A stretch of DNA of 64,000 bases, from contig JAFCCL010000004.1 of NCBI GenBank assembly GCA_017610205.1, positions 58,220 through 122,219 of the forward strand, in the 5' to 3' direction. The translations under genes and the position numbers were made by a program. Shown here piece by piece: positions 38,838-47,558 of the stretch; the stretch's first letter is position 1, and each line of letters begins with the position of its first letter. The notes under the pieces are model-generated. The model was not told the origin of the DNA. It did not search any database and saw only the letters and a program-made list of their open reading frames with translations. The stretch is from Candidatus Iainarchaeum sp. GTDB lineage: Archaea > Iainarchaeota > Iainarchaeia > Iainarchaeales > GCA-2688035.

Positions 38838-39819
38838 CCAACGAGGAATTTTCATAACATTCATGGTATTTTTGCTTGTCGGAAGCGTTATTGCATTGCA
38901 TGATACTACAAAAAAAACAGATTTAAGGCAGGAAAAAAAATATATTGAGGAAGCAGCCTTTAACAATATAAACAATGCTTTCAACAACGTTTACGAAGAA
39001 GTTATTTCACTAAACAAGGAGGGGAACGCAAGAATTATACAGATTCGGTCACTTCCTTTTTCATACGACTTTAACAAAAATTCAATTATTCTAAGCCAAC
39101 AGATTCCAATAAGATTAAGCGTACTTGACGCATATATTGATACATTAAACGTTTACCGCATTTTTACCGGAAGTGGACTTACAACAGACCTTAACATTGT
39201 TACAGGAACACTTCAAAACACAGCATGGGATGGAGGAGAAGACTATCCAGACTTCAATTATGCAATTCTGCCACAATGCCTTTTGTACGACGTAAACGCA
39301 GACAGCACAATGGTTTTAAGGGAACTTGAAGCAGGGCAGTTTGGATGCGAAAAAGGATTCAATTACACAGACCTTAACATAATTGATATAAACATTTCAA
39401 TTGACTCAAGTCTGTGTACAGCAGGATCTCATCTTGGGACATTGGAACTAACAGGTTTGTCTAAACCTTACCCAGAGTATAGAATAACAGTAAATGAAAC
39501 AAACCCAAGTTATCCAATAACAGGAGGAGGCAAGCTTGAATACTATGGCCACTTTGACCCGGAAAGTTATGGCCCTGGAGAAGACTGGTTTACAATAAAA
39601 TGTAATACAGGCGGCAGTGAAGAACCATGGCTTAGAGTAAAACTTGGAATGGAAAGTGCAAACGACCCGTTTCCATTTGTTGCAAAAAACTTTATTCCTG
39701 CACAGCCAGTGGATATTGATTTAAATATGGTATTTGATACAAAAGTGGACCTGTTTTACTTTACAGGGTTTTCCATAAGCGTTAATAAGGTAAACTTTCC
39801 AATAAAAAGGACTACATAA
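38833..39819 (+). CDS. Pilin-like protein E1
   Basis: NQRG|IFITFMVFLL and LQNTAWDGGEDYP..Y.I.PQCL. Paralog of 46457-47482. Confidence 0.82.
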   Translation: MNQRGIFITFMVFLLVGSVIALHDTTKKTDLRQEKKYIEEAAFNNINNAFNNVYEEVISLNKEGNARIIQIRSLPFSYDFNKNSIILSQQIPIRLSVLDAYIDTLNVYRIFTGSGLTTDLNIVTGTLQNTAWDGGEDYPDFNYAILPQCLLYDVNADSTMVLRELEAGQFGCEKGFNYTDLNIIDINISIDSSLCTAGSHLGTLELTGLSKPYPEYRITVNETNPSYPITGGGKLEYYGHFDPESYGPGEDWFTIKCNTGGSEEPWLRVKLGMESANDPFPFVAKNFIPAQPVDIDLNMVFDTKVDLFYFTGFSISVNKVNFPIKRTT

Positions 39820-39842
39820 AAGGAAAAAAAGGAGGAAATTAA

Positions 39843-40361
39843 ATGGCTGGAAAAAAGGCACAAATTGCAATGGAATACCTTATTCTAACAGGCTTTATTC
39901 TTGTAGCAGTGGCATTGATTTTTGGATTTTCATTCATAAACTATAATCAAAACATCAGAATTGCAAAAACAAGCGAAGCCATTTCAAAGCTTTCAAACGC
40001 AGTTGATGACATTTATACAAGAGGCGAAGGAAACACCAGGTTTGTAAAAATATCATGGCCTGACGGAATGAAAAACATTAGCATAGTGTACAAATGCCTT
40101 AATGGAACCCAACAAGACAATGCAGAAGGCTGTGGTGACAGCGAATATGGCGATGTAGAATTCAGCGTAATTTCCATGGAAGTGCAATTACTTGGAGAGG
40201 ACGTAATTGTGATGGAGAGAACCAAGGCAAAAATAAAAGAAAAACTTGACGGCATGGACGACATGGACATACATGGAAACTTTAACCAGTACTCTGGAAG
40301 CACGTACATTGTAAAAGTAAGCTGGACTAGCTCAGGGCTAATACAACTTGAGAGGGTATAA
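39843..40361 (+). CDS. Minor pilin A2
   Basis: KKA|QIAMEYLILTGFIL. Confidence 0.88.
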   Translation: MAGKKAQIAMEYLILTGFILVAVALIFGFSFINYNQNIRIAKTSEAISKLSNAVDDIYTRGEGNTRFVKISWPDGMKNISIVYKCLNGTQQDNAEGCGDSEYGDVEFSVISMEVQLLGEDVIVMERTKAKIKEKLDGMDDMDIHGNFNQYSGSTYIVKVSWTSSGLIQLERV

Positions 40362-40363
40362 AA

Positions 40364-40768
40364 ATGCAAAATAAAGGCCAGGTTTCAATCGAAGTAATGT
40401 TAATTGTCATAATTCTCCTTGGATTATTGCTTGCAACCTCGTACATAATGATGCAAAGAAGCAATGATATAAACAGGCTTGCGACAATTCAAAGAGACAC
40501 ACAAAAATGCGACAATATTGCTTCAGCAATAGTAAGTTTGAGTTCAAACACAGGCTATAGCGAAATGATTGTAACAGGATTTGAAAAGGATGTAAGAATT
40601 GAAAAAGGAAGCGTTATTGTTGGAAATGTTGGATGCAGCTACAAAGGAGATGTGTGGTTTGGTAATAAAAGTGCTGAAAATGAAGACATTTGGCTGCTTA
40701 AGAATCAAACATATTTTATAAAAAAAATAGGTGAAAAAGTGAAGTTTGAATTAGTTGAGGAGGAATAA
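40364..40768 (+). CDS. Minor pilin B2
   Basis: NKG|QVSIE, with C..IAS.I and VG.V.CSY.G shared with B1. Confidence 0.85.
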   Translation: MQNKGQVSIEVMLIVIILLGLLLATSYIMMQRSNDINRLATIQRDTQKCDNIASAIVSLSSNTGYSEMIVTGFEKDVRIEKGSVIVGNVGCSYKGDVWFGNKSAENEDIWLLKNQTYFIKKIGEKVKFELVEEE

Positions 40769-40769
40769 C

Positions 40770-41354
40770 TTGAACAAAAAAGGTCAAGGAATAGCAATTG
40801 ACCTTATGGCAGGTGTTCTGATATTCATAATTATAGGCTCAAGTATTATGTTTGTGTGGGGAGACAAATCGTTTGAAGTGGAAGAAAACCTTTTTGAAAA
40901 TGAAAGAATTGCAATGGCTGAAAGGACTCTTGACACAATAGTAATAAGCAAGGGCCTGCCAACAGATTGGGAAAAATACATTGGAACAGAAGAGGAGATT
41001 GCCAACAACATTAAAATGCTTGGACTTGCAAGAAGAGACAGGGTTCTTGACAAAAAAAAGGTTGAAAAATTTGCAGAATTAAGCAATTTTGAAGATAATT
41101 ACGCAATTCTGAAAACAAAACTATTAATTGGAGGAAACGAGTACTATTTTAGGATTTTGGATCCGAAAAGGGAAAATGTTGACGAACAAATAATCAGCGC
41201 AGGAGAAAGTCCAACAGGCAATGTAGTAGAAATCAGAATCGAAAGAGCGGTGATATACAGCTATCACAGAGACGGAGTAGATGAAGGAGATACAAACAGT
41301 CAGCATGAAGCAATAGCTGAACTGATATTATACTCATCATACTGGAGGAGATAA
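40770..41354 (+). CDS. Minor pilin C2
   Basis: KKG|QGIAIDL. TTG start after SD GAGGAGG. Confidence 0.85.
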   Translation: MNKKGQGIAIDLMAGVLIFIIIGSSIMFVWGDKSFEVEENLFENERIAMAERTLDTIVISKGLPTDWEKYIGTEEEIANNIKMLGLARRDRVLDKKKVEKFAELSNFEDNYAILKTKLLIGGNEYYFRILDPKRENVDEQIISAGESPTGNVVEIRIERAVIYSYHRDGVDEGDTNSQHEAIAELILYSSYWRR

Positions 41355-41357
41355 GGA

Positions 41358-44300
41358 ATGAAAAAGAAATGTTTTGCAAAGCAAACTTCCAAAAACCAGA
41401 AGATTGTGTCATCGAGCAACCAAAGGTTGCGAAGATGGCACTCTGACCAGCCGGCAGGGGCGGCTAAAGGATTTGCTATTGCGGTTGATGCATTACTTGC
41501 AACAGTGCTTACAATAACAGTGCTTACAGTTATAGGCTTTGGAATGCAATCAAACGAAGACATAATAACGTCATCAGAAATAAGAATAAAACAAACTGTT
41601 GACGACACATTCACCGCCCTTAACAACAGTGGAACTATTGCAAAATATCTGGCAGACCCACAACTAACCCAGACTAGCATTTTTAATCCAGACGACCCAG
41701 AAAATCCAGGAATCTACACAGAAGCACAACAGCTTCTGCCGAAAAACATTGGCTTGAAAGTAAAAGTAAGCGAGTACTTGGCAGCTGAAGGCACGGATTT
41801 AGACACCTGCAAAGCAACCAAAAATTTTTCCGACTGCTTTGGCGTACCAACAGGCACTCCATTTGAAGAAGTAGAATGGCCTCTAGAAAGCCTGCCAAAC
41901 AATGAAATTGTACACGGCAGAAAAATTGCAATAACGAAAGAAATATCAACAGGCGAAACTGCAGAAGGAAAAGAATGTGTTCCTGTTGAAAATCTGGAGC
42001 TTAAAGAGTCAATAAAAGAAAAAGTAAACGCTGTGTTTTTAGAAGGCGAAACAGGTATTGAAACATGGATTGAAATAACCGACACAGATGACACGCCAAT
42101 AGACGAACTCTCCTGCGACCAAATTGCAAAAGTTACCATAAGGGCAAGAAACCAAGCCAGAGACCCTGTTGCAATAGTGCTTGCAATGGACGAAAGCGGA
42201 AGCATGAGCACATACGATGCACTAACCCAAGAAGCAACAGGAACATTCAATGCAGGAACATGCAACGACGAACCAGTTTGGGTTGGAGGAAGATTTGAAA
42301 ATGGGTTGGAATTCAACGGCATAACAAACTATGTTAACTGCGGAAACGACTCAGCATTCAATATCCTGGGACAGCTTACAATTGCAGCATGGATAAAGAT
42401 AGATAATGTTGACGAAGACAAATGGATGGTGATTATCAAAAAAAAATATGCCTATTACACTGAAGAAAAAGGCTACGAAATGCTGTACAACCCAGGCCTT
42501 AATGAAGTAAGGCTTGTTGGAGGCGGAGGCGCCTATGCAAAAGCCATAGGCGTTGACCTTGACACAGGATGGCATTTTATAGTAGGAACCATAGACAACG
42601 AAACAGGCGAAATTTACGTTGACACAATAAAAAAGACTACCTGGTATATAATTAGCAGCCTTAAAAGTGGCGCAGACCCAGTAGAAATAGGAAACAGGGA
42701 ACGAAGTCTGAGCAATGGAGACAGGTTCGGCGGAATAATAGACGAAATAAGGCTGTATAATAGGGTACTTACTTCTGAAGAAATAAACGGGCTTTTCGCA
42801 AGCAACACAGAGGTTGGAGATGCAGCAACATCCTTGGTTGCACACTGGGCATTTAATGAAACAGAAAATTTGATTGCAGCAGACAGCAGCGGAAACGGCA
42901 GAAATTGCTCCCTTCAAAACTGGTCCCACTATTATCCAGAAGGAGCAACAGAGTGCATATGGGAAGCAGGGCAAGCAGCAAATCCAGTTACAAACTGCCC
43001 TGCAACAAAATGCGATTACGCAGAATTCACAGACGAGGAAATTGCATTAACCTACGAGATTACACCAAGCTTTTTTGAGAAGATTGTTCCACCATACGAC
43101 AGCCTGAGTTTTTTAGGAGATAGTACATTATACGAAGGAATTTGTACAGACCCTGCAGAGATGAGATTGTGGATAGAAAGGCCTGATGGAGAAGTAGAAT
43201 GTGAAAGTTCAGGAGATGGCGAAACAATAAATAATAGCCAAATTGAAACCGGCGTATACAAAATAAACGTCTGGAGCGATGCACCAGTCGACTACGATAT
43301 CAGGCTTGTACAAAATCTAAAGCGATATGTATATGATAGGCCTTTTGGGGGCGGAGGACATTCAGGCAGTTATAATCCAGGAGAAAGTGAGTGTACAGAC
43401 TTTACAGGATGGGATGAGTTAACAAGCTTTGACTTTTCAGATTACAACAGCCTTCGCTATGTATACTTCAGAATCTTATACGACGCATATACTTCAATTG
43501 GAGGGGCATGTGGAACGCCAAGGTTTAGAGTAAGCTATGAAAGCAATGGCAGTGAATGGATACCTGCAAAATTTGGCAACGGCATGGATTTCAAACACAA
43601 ACAAACATGGGCTAATAATGATAATGCAAACTATATAGAACTTCCAAGCGGTGTAAACCCTGGTATAACAGACAGTTTTAGCTTTTCAACATGGTTTAAG
43701 GGAGGAGAAAGAGTAATTTATGACTACTATCCAACAATGTTCAATTGGGAAAATGACGCAGGAGACAGCAAGCTCTGGATTGGAATACCTAGCAGGAATG
43801 AGGATACTGTTGGCGTTGAACTTAACGGCTTTTTATACTTTTTTAGCGGAGATACATACTTGTATGACATGGCATGGCATCATTTGGTTTTTACCTACGA
43901 TAAGCCAAGCAAAACACTCACAGCATACATAGACGGAGAAGTTTACGCCACCCCAAAATCAGGATTTGTTGACCGAAGCTTTGACTTCACCAACAGCAGT
44001 GCATGGATTGGAACCAACAGAGAAGCCACCGAAGGCTACTTATATCGATCATGGTTTGGCGGGCTTGATGAAGTAAGGCTTTACAACAAAGCACTTACCA
44101 CCGAAGAAATAAGCGAACTTTTCACAAGCAATACAGCTGGAGGTGCAACCACCTCATTGGTTGCACACTGGGCACTAAATGAAAGCACTGGCTACAGTGT
44201 AGCAGACTCCTCAGGAAATGGAAACAATGGAACAGCAGTCCTTGACCAGGAATGGATTATAGGCCCTTGTGGAACAGGTGATTTCAGCGGTTGCGTTCCA

Positions 44301-46460
44301 GGAATAAATACCTGGAGTGGTGCTTACGGACCATTTCTAAGGCAAGGGACTTACAAAGTTGAGGGATGGAGTGATACAGTTACTGATACATCAGCAGATG
44401 TTGAATTATACAGAGGATACCAAGAATGGGGCTATATTTACGGAGACTGGACTAAATCCGAACTTATTGACGGAGGCACATGCAGCAATACGACATGCCA
44501 GTATCAAACAACACCTTCAACAACAGCAAATACAAACTGTCCAATTACAAGCAACGTAAACCCTTATTTCTACAATTATTCAAGGCTCCCAGGGGCAACA
44601 GGCACGCAAACAATTGACACATACAATGTTTCTATAAACCACTACGGATTGCAGGCAGAAGTTACCTTTGACTACACAAATTACACAGACGCAGTATGCC
44701 AAGGAGCAGGAATGGGATTGCAAAACGCTTTTGAAACAGACCCAAACTGGCATTATCCAACCCCGGTGAAAGGAAGCAGTCTAACAAAAACATTTTATAT
44801 AAACGACGGGCCAAGCACACCTTCAGGGCAAGAATATTACAACCATGCTGACGGGCCGCCAATAACAAAAGGAGACTATGACATTTTAGGATGGGCAGAA
44901 GAGGATGTAAGCTACGACATTAAATGGATTCTTCAAAGAATTGATGGAGCAAAAAAGGCAGCAACCAACTTTATGAATAATGCTAGCTGGCAGGCAGATG
45001 ACGAAATAGGCCTTGTTTCTTTTTCAAACACAGCAGAAATAGACCAAGAGCTTACAATAGACAAGGATGCAGTAAAAAATGCAATAGAAGCTCTTGTTCC
45101 AAGTGATGAAACAGGAATAGCCAACGCAATAAATAAATCGATAGAAGAATTAGAACTCAACGCAGAAGCAGGAGTAGCAAGGTTTGTTATATTGCTTACA
45201 GACGGACGGGCAAATGTTTGCAGTGACGGAAGCGTATGCGATGAGGCAGTGGCAATAGATGAGGCAATAGCAGCAGCCAATGACGCAAGAGACAATCATC
45301 AAACAATAATTTATGTTATTGGATTTGCAGAGCCGTCACTAATTGATGAAAACAGTATGAAACAAATTGCCAAGGACAAAGATGCCTTTCCTGAAGAATG
45401 TATAGATAGTGAAAGCAGGTGCGGCAAATATTACTATGCTGAAGATGCAAAAACCCTTGAAGAAATGTATACTTTGATTTCGTTTGAAATAGCAAGGGTT
45501 GTTGGAAACATTGACATAAAAATCCCCATCCCGGCAGGAATAGAACTAAGCAATTATGGCAGTGAAACAGAGAAAAAATGCGGACTTTGGAATGAGGCAG
45601 GAGAAGTTTTCTTGGATCCAGAAGTAGAGTGTTATGGAAAATGCAGCAGCGGGGAAAGCACATGTGTTAGTGGAGAAGAACTTATTTACAGCAATCAGGG
45701 AATAAGCTACTGGTGGCTGGCTGAATTTGATATGGTATCGCCATGCGATGCAGAAAATTGTGAAGAAAGCTATGTTCTCTTTCCTCCAATTGACACAGAA
45801 ATTATAGATAATGCTGACGAAAGCAGTGTCAGTTGGGATGGAAGCGAAATAGAAACTCTGGAATGTGGAGTAGGAGAAAACACTAAATGTCACAAAAGAA
45901 TAAAAATAAAGTATGCCGACCTTAATGTAGCCTTCACATATGGATTACTGAAAACAGGACCGCCGGAAACAGTAACAATTAATTTCGAAATAGGAAACGA
46001 CGGCTACACAAATATAGACCTACCTACAGTTATAGGAAATGGACTGGATGTCTGCTTTTATAAAAAAGAGATAATTCCGGGCAACGAGATATCAATAAAA
46101 TCTGCTTCATTACCTCTTGCAATCTTGGGAGAGAAAAGCAGTATTACTTTAGATAGAGAAATATCAAGCAACTGCCTAAAAATTTCCATTCCAGGCACAG
46201 CAGTAGTTGATGGAACCTGTTCCTGGAAAGAAGACCTATGCACAGTTCCATACGATGAAACATACTGGAAAATTAAAATAGATGACCTTGTTCTCAACGG
46301 CTGTCCAAATGATAATTGCACAGGAACAATAATCGCAGAAATAAATCAAAATCACTACAACAATGTTAGTGAATGCCAGCTACACAATCAGGGCAGGATT
46401 ATCTGCAGCGGAGAACGCCTAAGATTCTTTACCATAGACTATTATGCGTGGATAAAATGA
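41358..46460 (+). CDS. Pilin-like vWA adhesin D2 with two LamG domains in its payload
   Basis: KG|FAIAVDALL, MIDAS DESGS, two LamG domains, remainder of vWA (IGLVSF, VILLTDG, IYVIGF) and C-terminal DYYAWIK. Confidence 0.88.
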   Translation: MKKKCFAKQTSKNQKIVSSSNQRLRRWHSDQPAGAAKGFAIAVDALLATVLTITVLTVIGFGMQSNEDIITSSEIRIKQTVDDTFTALNNSGTIAKYLADPQLTQTSIFNPDDPENPGIYTEAQQLLPKNIGLKVKVSEYLAAEGTDLDTCKATKNFSDCFGVPTGTPFEEVEWPLESLPNNEIVHGRKIAITKEISTGETAEGKECVPVENLELKESIKEKVNAVFLEGETGIETWIEITDTDDTPIDELSCDQIAKVTIRARNQARDPVAIVLAMDESGSMSTYDALTQEATGTFNAGTCNDEPVWVGGRFENGLEFNGITNYVNCGNDSAFNILGQLTIAAWIKIDNVDEDKWMVIIKKKYAYYTEEKGYEMLYNPGLNEVRLVGGGGAYAKAIGVDLDTGWHFIVGTIDNETGEIYVDTIKKTTWYIISSLKSGADPVEIGNRERSLSNGDRFGGIIDEIRLYNRVLTSEEINGLFASNTEVGDAATSLVAHWAFNETENLIAADSSGNGRNCSLQNWSHYYPEGATECIWEAGQAANPVTNCPATKCDYAEFTDEEIALTYEITPSFFEKIVPPYDSLSFLGDSTLYEGICTDPAEMRLWIERPDGEVECESSGDGETINNSQIETGVYKINVWSDAPVDYDIRLVQNLKRYVYDRPFGGGGHSGSYNPGESECTDFTGWDELTSFDFSDYNSLRYVYFRILYDAYTSIGGACGTPRFRVSYESNGSEWIPAKFGNGMDFKHKQTWANNDNANYIELPSGVNPGITDSFSFSTWFKGGERVIYDYYPTMFNWENDAGDSKLWIGIPSRNEDTVGVELNGFLYFFSGDTYLYDMAWHHLVFTYDKPSKTLTAYIDGEVYATPKSGFVDRSFDFTNSSAWIGTNREATEGYLYRSWFGGLDEVRLYNKALTTEEISELFTSNTAGGATTSLVAHWALNESTGYSVADSSGNGNNGTAVLDQEWIIGPCGTGDFSGCVPGINTWSGAYGPFLRQGTYKVEGWSDTVTDTSADVELYRGYQEWGYIYGDWTKSELIDGGTCSNTTCQYQTTPSTTANTNCPITSNVNPYFYNYSRLPGATGTQTIDTYNVSINHYGLQAEVTFDYTNYTDAVCQGAGMGLQNAFETDPNWHYPTPVKGSSLTKTFYINDGPSTPSGQEYYNHADGPPITKGDYDILGWAEEDVSYDIKWILQRIDGAKKAATNFMNNASWQADDEIGLVSFSNTAEIDQELTIDKDAVKNAIEALVPSDETGIANAINKSIEELELNAEAGVARFVILLTDGRANVCSDGSVCDEAVAIDEAIAAANDARDNHQTIIYVIGFAEPSLIDENSMKQIAKDKDAFPEECIDSESRCGKYYYAEDAKTLEEMYTLISFEIARVVGNIDIKIPIPAGIELSNYGSETEKKCGLWNEAGEVFLDPEVECYGKCSSGESTCVSGEELIYSNQGISYWWLAEFDMVSPCDAENCEESYVLFPPIDTEIIDNADESSVSWDGSEIETLECGVGENTKCHKRIKIKYADLNVAFTYGLLKTGPPETVTINFEIGNDGYTNIDLPTVIGNGLDVCFYKKEIIPGNEISIKSASLPLAILGEKSSITLDREISSNCLKISIPGTAVVDGTCSWKEDLCTVPYDETYWKIKIDDLVLNGCPNDNCTGTIIAEINQNHYNNVSECQLHNQGRIICSGERLRFFTIDYYAWIK
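41401..41465 (+). repeat. Structured repeat locus C, a single unit in frame within the adhesin signal peptide
   Basis: AGATT-GTGTCATC-GA-GCAACC-AAA-GGTTGC-GAA-GATGGCAC-TCTGACC-AGCCG-GCAGGGG-CGGCT. Confidence 0.88.
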
Positions 46461-47482
46461 GAAAAAGTATTGGACAGCAGGGAATATTTATAACCTTCAT
46501 GGCTTTTTTGCTGGTAAGCACAGTGCTTACCCTAAGCGTTTTAGTAAACCAGACTGAAATAGGCCAGGGAAGAAATCTTGTCAACGAAATTGCTTTTAAG
46601 AATGTAAACAACAGATTCAACAACATGGAACAGCAAATCATGATTGTAAAAGAAGGTTATGCAGGCGAAACCTATGGTAGATTCATGCCATTTGAAAAAT
46701 TTATAGTAGACAAAAACGTGATTGAAATAGAACAAAAATTTCCTATAAGCGGAAAAGTTTTGGAAAAAACATATGATGCACTAAACCTTTTTACAGTGTT
46801 TGCAGAAGAAAAAGGCTCTGAAGGAACCAATGTCAACATATATGAAGTACTGCAAAACACAGCGTGGAACGGAGAAGAGGACTATCCAAAAATAAGCTAT
46901 ATTGTTTTTCCACAGTGTCTAAAAATTTCTGTTGGAAGCGAAAGCATCCCAGGAATGATGGAATTTGAAGGCGGCAGCATAGCAAGTGGAGACCCATGCG
47001 ATTTTGACCCAAATTCTATTGAAGGCTACGAAATCGAAATACGTTTGGATGCAGACAAGTTTACACCTCCGCCTCCACTGGAATGCAGCGGAGTTTTCAA
47101 TCCCTGCGGAGAAAATGGAGACCCTGAACTGAAAAACGAACCTTATACAAAAATAGTTCTGGTACTTGACAGATACACAAACTGCCCACGTGACGGATTT
47201 GATGCAGAAGGAAAGAGAACTATTTCAGGAAACCTGGACAACATACCAGACATTGACTATATTAAGGCTGTTTTTGATAGTGGATTAAGCTTTAAGCTGG
47301 AATTTGACAACAACAAAATGAAAATAATCAAGAATAATGATGAAGTCGAAATATTTAACTCAAAAATCATCTTCAAAGAGCCGGTTGAAGAAGTTGTGCT
47401 TGCACCGGGCTCTTTCGGTTTTTCTGTGAAAAACCCAGGTTTTAAGATATGCAGGGCAACGGAAGAAGAAGGCTGCAATTAG
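46457..47482 (+). CDS. Pilin-like protein E2
   Basis: ATGA overlap with the D2 stop, GQQG|IFITFMAFLL and LQNTAWNGEEDYP. Confidence 0.82.
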   Translation: MRKSIGQQGIFITFMAFLLVSTVLTLSVLVNQTEIGQGRNLVNEIAFKNVNNRFNNMEQQIMIVKEGYAGETYGRFMPFEKFIVDKNVIEIEQKFPISGKVLEKTYDALNLFTVFAEEKGSEGTNVNIYEVLQNTAWNGEEDYPKISYIVFPQCLKISVGSESIPGMMEFEGGSIASGDPCDFDPNSIEGYEIEIRLDADKFTPPPPLECSGVFNPCGENGDPELKNEPYTKIVLVLDRYTNCPRDGFDAEGKRTISGNLDNIPDIDYIKAVFDSGLSFKLEFDNNKMKIIKNNDEVEIFNSKIIFKEPVEEVVLAPGSFGFSVKNPGFKICRATEEEGCN

Positions 47483-47558
47483 TTGCACAAAGAAGCTTTA
47501 GTAACATTTAAATTTTATAAACACTTAATAAAGTAGAACAATTGCAGGTTTTTTAAAA

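Noticed and set aside
41401-41465. Hammerhead or HDV-like ribozyme identity for the repeat (GAG-stem-CGAA; GCGAA..GGCAC)
   Set aside because: There is no CUGANGA core or three-way junction for a hammerhead, and no P1/P3 nested between the P2 strands for HDV. Only partial motif resemblance.
42720-44240. Diversity-generating retroelement TR/VR pair in the duplicated LamG ends
   Set aside because: Both copies are coding, differences are not confined to adenines, and no RT is in the window.
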